This document shows positions 63,469 through 64,000 of a stretch of DNA of 64,000 nt, piece by piece (within the stretch, counting starts at the first letter, position 1; every line of letters starts with the position of its first letter). Location: contig JAYWIR010000009.1 of the NCBI GenBank assembly GCA_036172245.1, positions 2,790,001-2,854,000 of the forward strand, in the 5' to 3' direction. This DNA is from Raillietiella orientalis (taxonomy: Eukaryota). The position numbers were made by a program, and so were the translations under genes. Below the pieces are notes generated by a model. The model was not told where the DNA came from. It did not search any database and saw only the letters and a program-made list of their open reading frames with translations.

Positions 63469-64000
63469 CTGCGATCTTGGCTCAGCTGCATCCATCTGAA
63501 CCAGGCGAATCAGGCACACATTACGTGTTTAATAAATGTTCTTGCCATGCCTTATATTGGAGCTCATCATCTTGCATCTGATTTCTTCTGCCCTTTCCCG
63601 AAAGATCTCGAATTCCCGCAGGATTTCGCTGTTTGAGATCCACTGCCAATGCTCGGACTGATGCCTGTTCTCCCATGCAAGAGAACTGGAGAGCCCTTCT
63701 ACAGAAAATCAAGAATACACCTCCACTTTGGTCCCTTCCAAGAGAATAAAAGTTGTTGACTGCTGCAAACATTGCCCAGGTCCAGGCGAGACTTACCGAT
63801 TCTCTCGGTAAGCAAGGAAAGGATGGTCCTGCAACGCTCTGGAGCAGAAAATCCTGCACTTAGTAGGAGCACCCAATTTCGAAAGCTCCTTTCCACATTT
63901 GTTTTTTTTTTTTTTTTTTTTTTCCTGTTCTGCTCAGTGAGTCCGATCTGTGTTGACTCACCGTTCACGAAGCACTTCCCATGGAGAACACCAAGCAAAG

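Noticed and set aside
63340..63500. Alternative genetic code (TAA read as sense) suggested by an in-frame TAA
   Set aside because: TGA stops and frameshifts occur just as freely across these remnants; ordinary decay explains it.

Overview
GC-rich, apparently eukaryotic window with no host gene, RNA gene or CRISPR array that I can support. Almost all of it is a patchwork of decayed non-LTR retrotransposon (LINE, L1/Tx1-like) fragments, about 0.4-2.5 kb each, on both strands, often joined at poly-A/T or homopurine (GA/CT) tracts. Motifs recognised by eye across frameshifts: gag-like ORF1 zinc knuckles, APE endonuclease, RT subdomains, the post-RT 'GGLG' thumb motif, and about 10 zf-RVT C-termini (HWGxPCNAR...CxxCGxxESLPHLLxDC). 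Points beyond routine annotation: (1) an indel-free 26-nt 3'-terminal signal, AATAAACGCCCCGGCGTGACCGGGTG (AATAAA plus a hairpin, no poly-A tail), shared by several otherwise divergent LINE families; (2) 3'-UTR hairpins with compensatory changes; (3) about 11 dispersed remnants resembling cellular-type RNase HI, which point to an RNase H-bearing LINE lineage; (4) two near-perfect, recent inverted duplications (442 bp and 1922 bp) of already decayed LINE DNA. All domain calls are manual motif matches and fragment boundaries are approximate unless stated otherwise.
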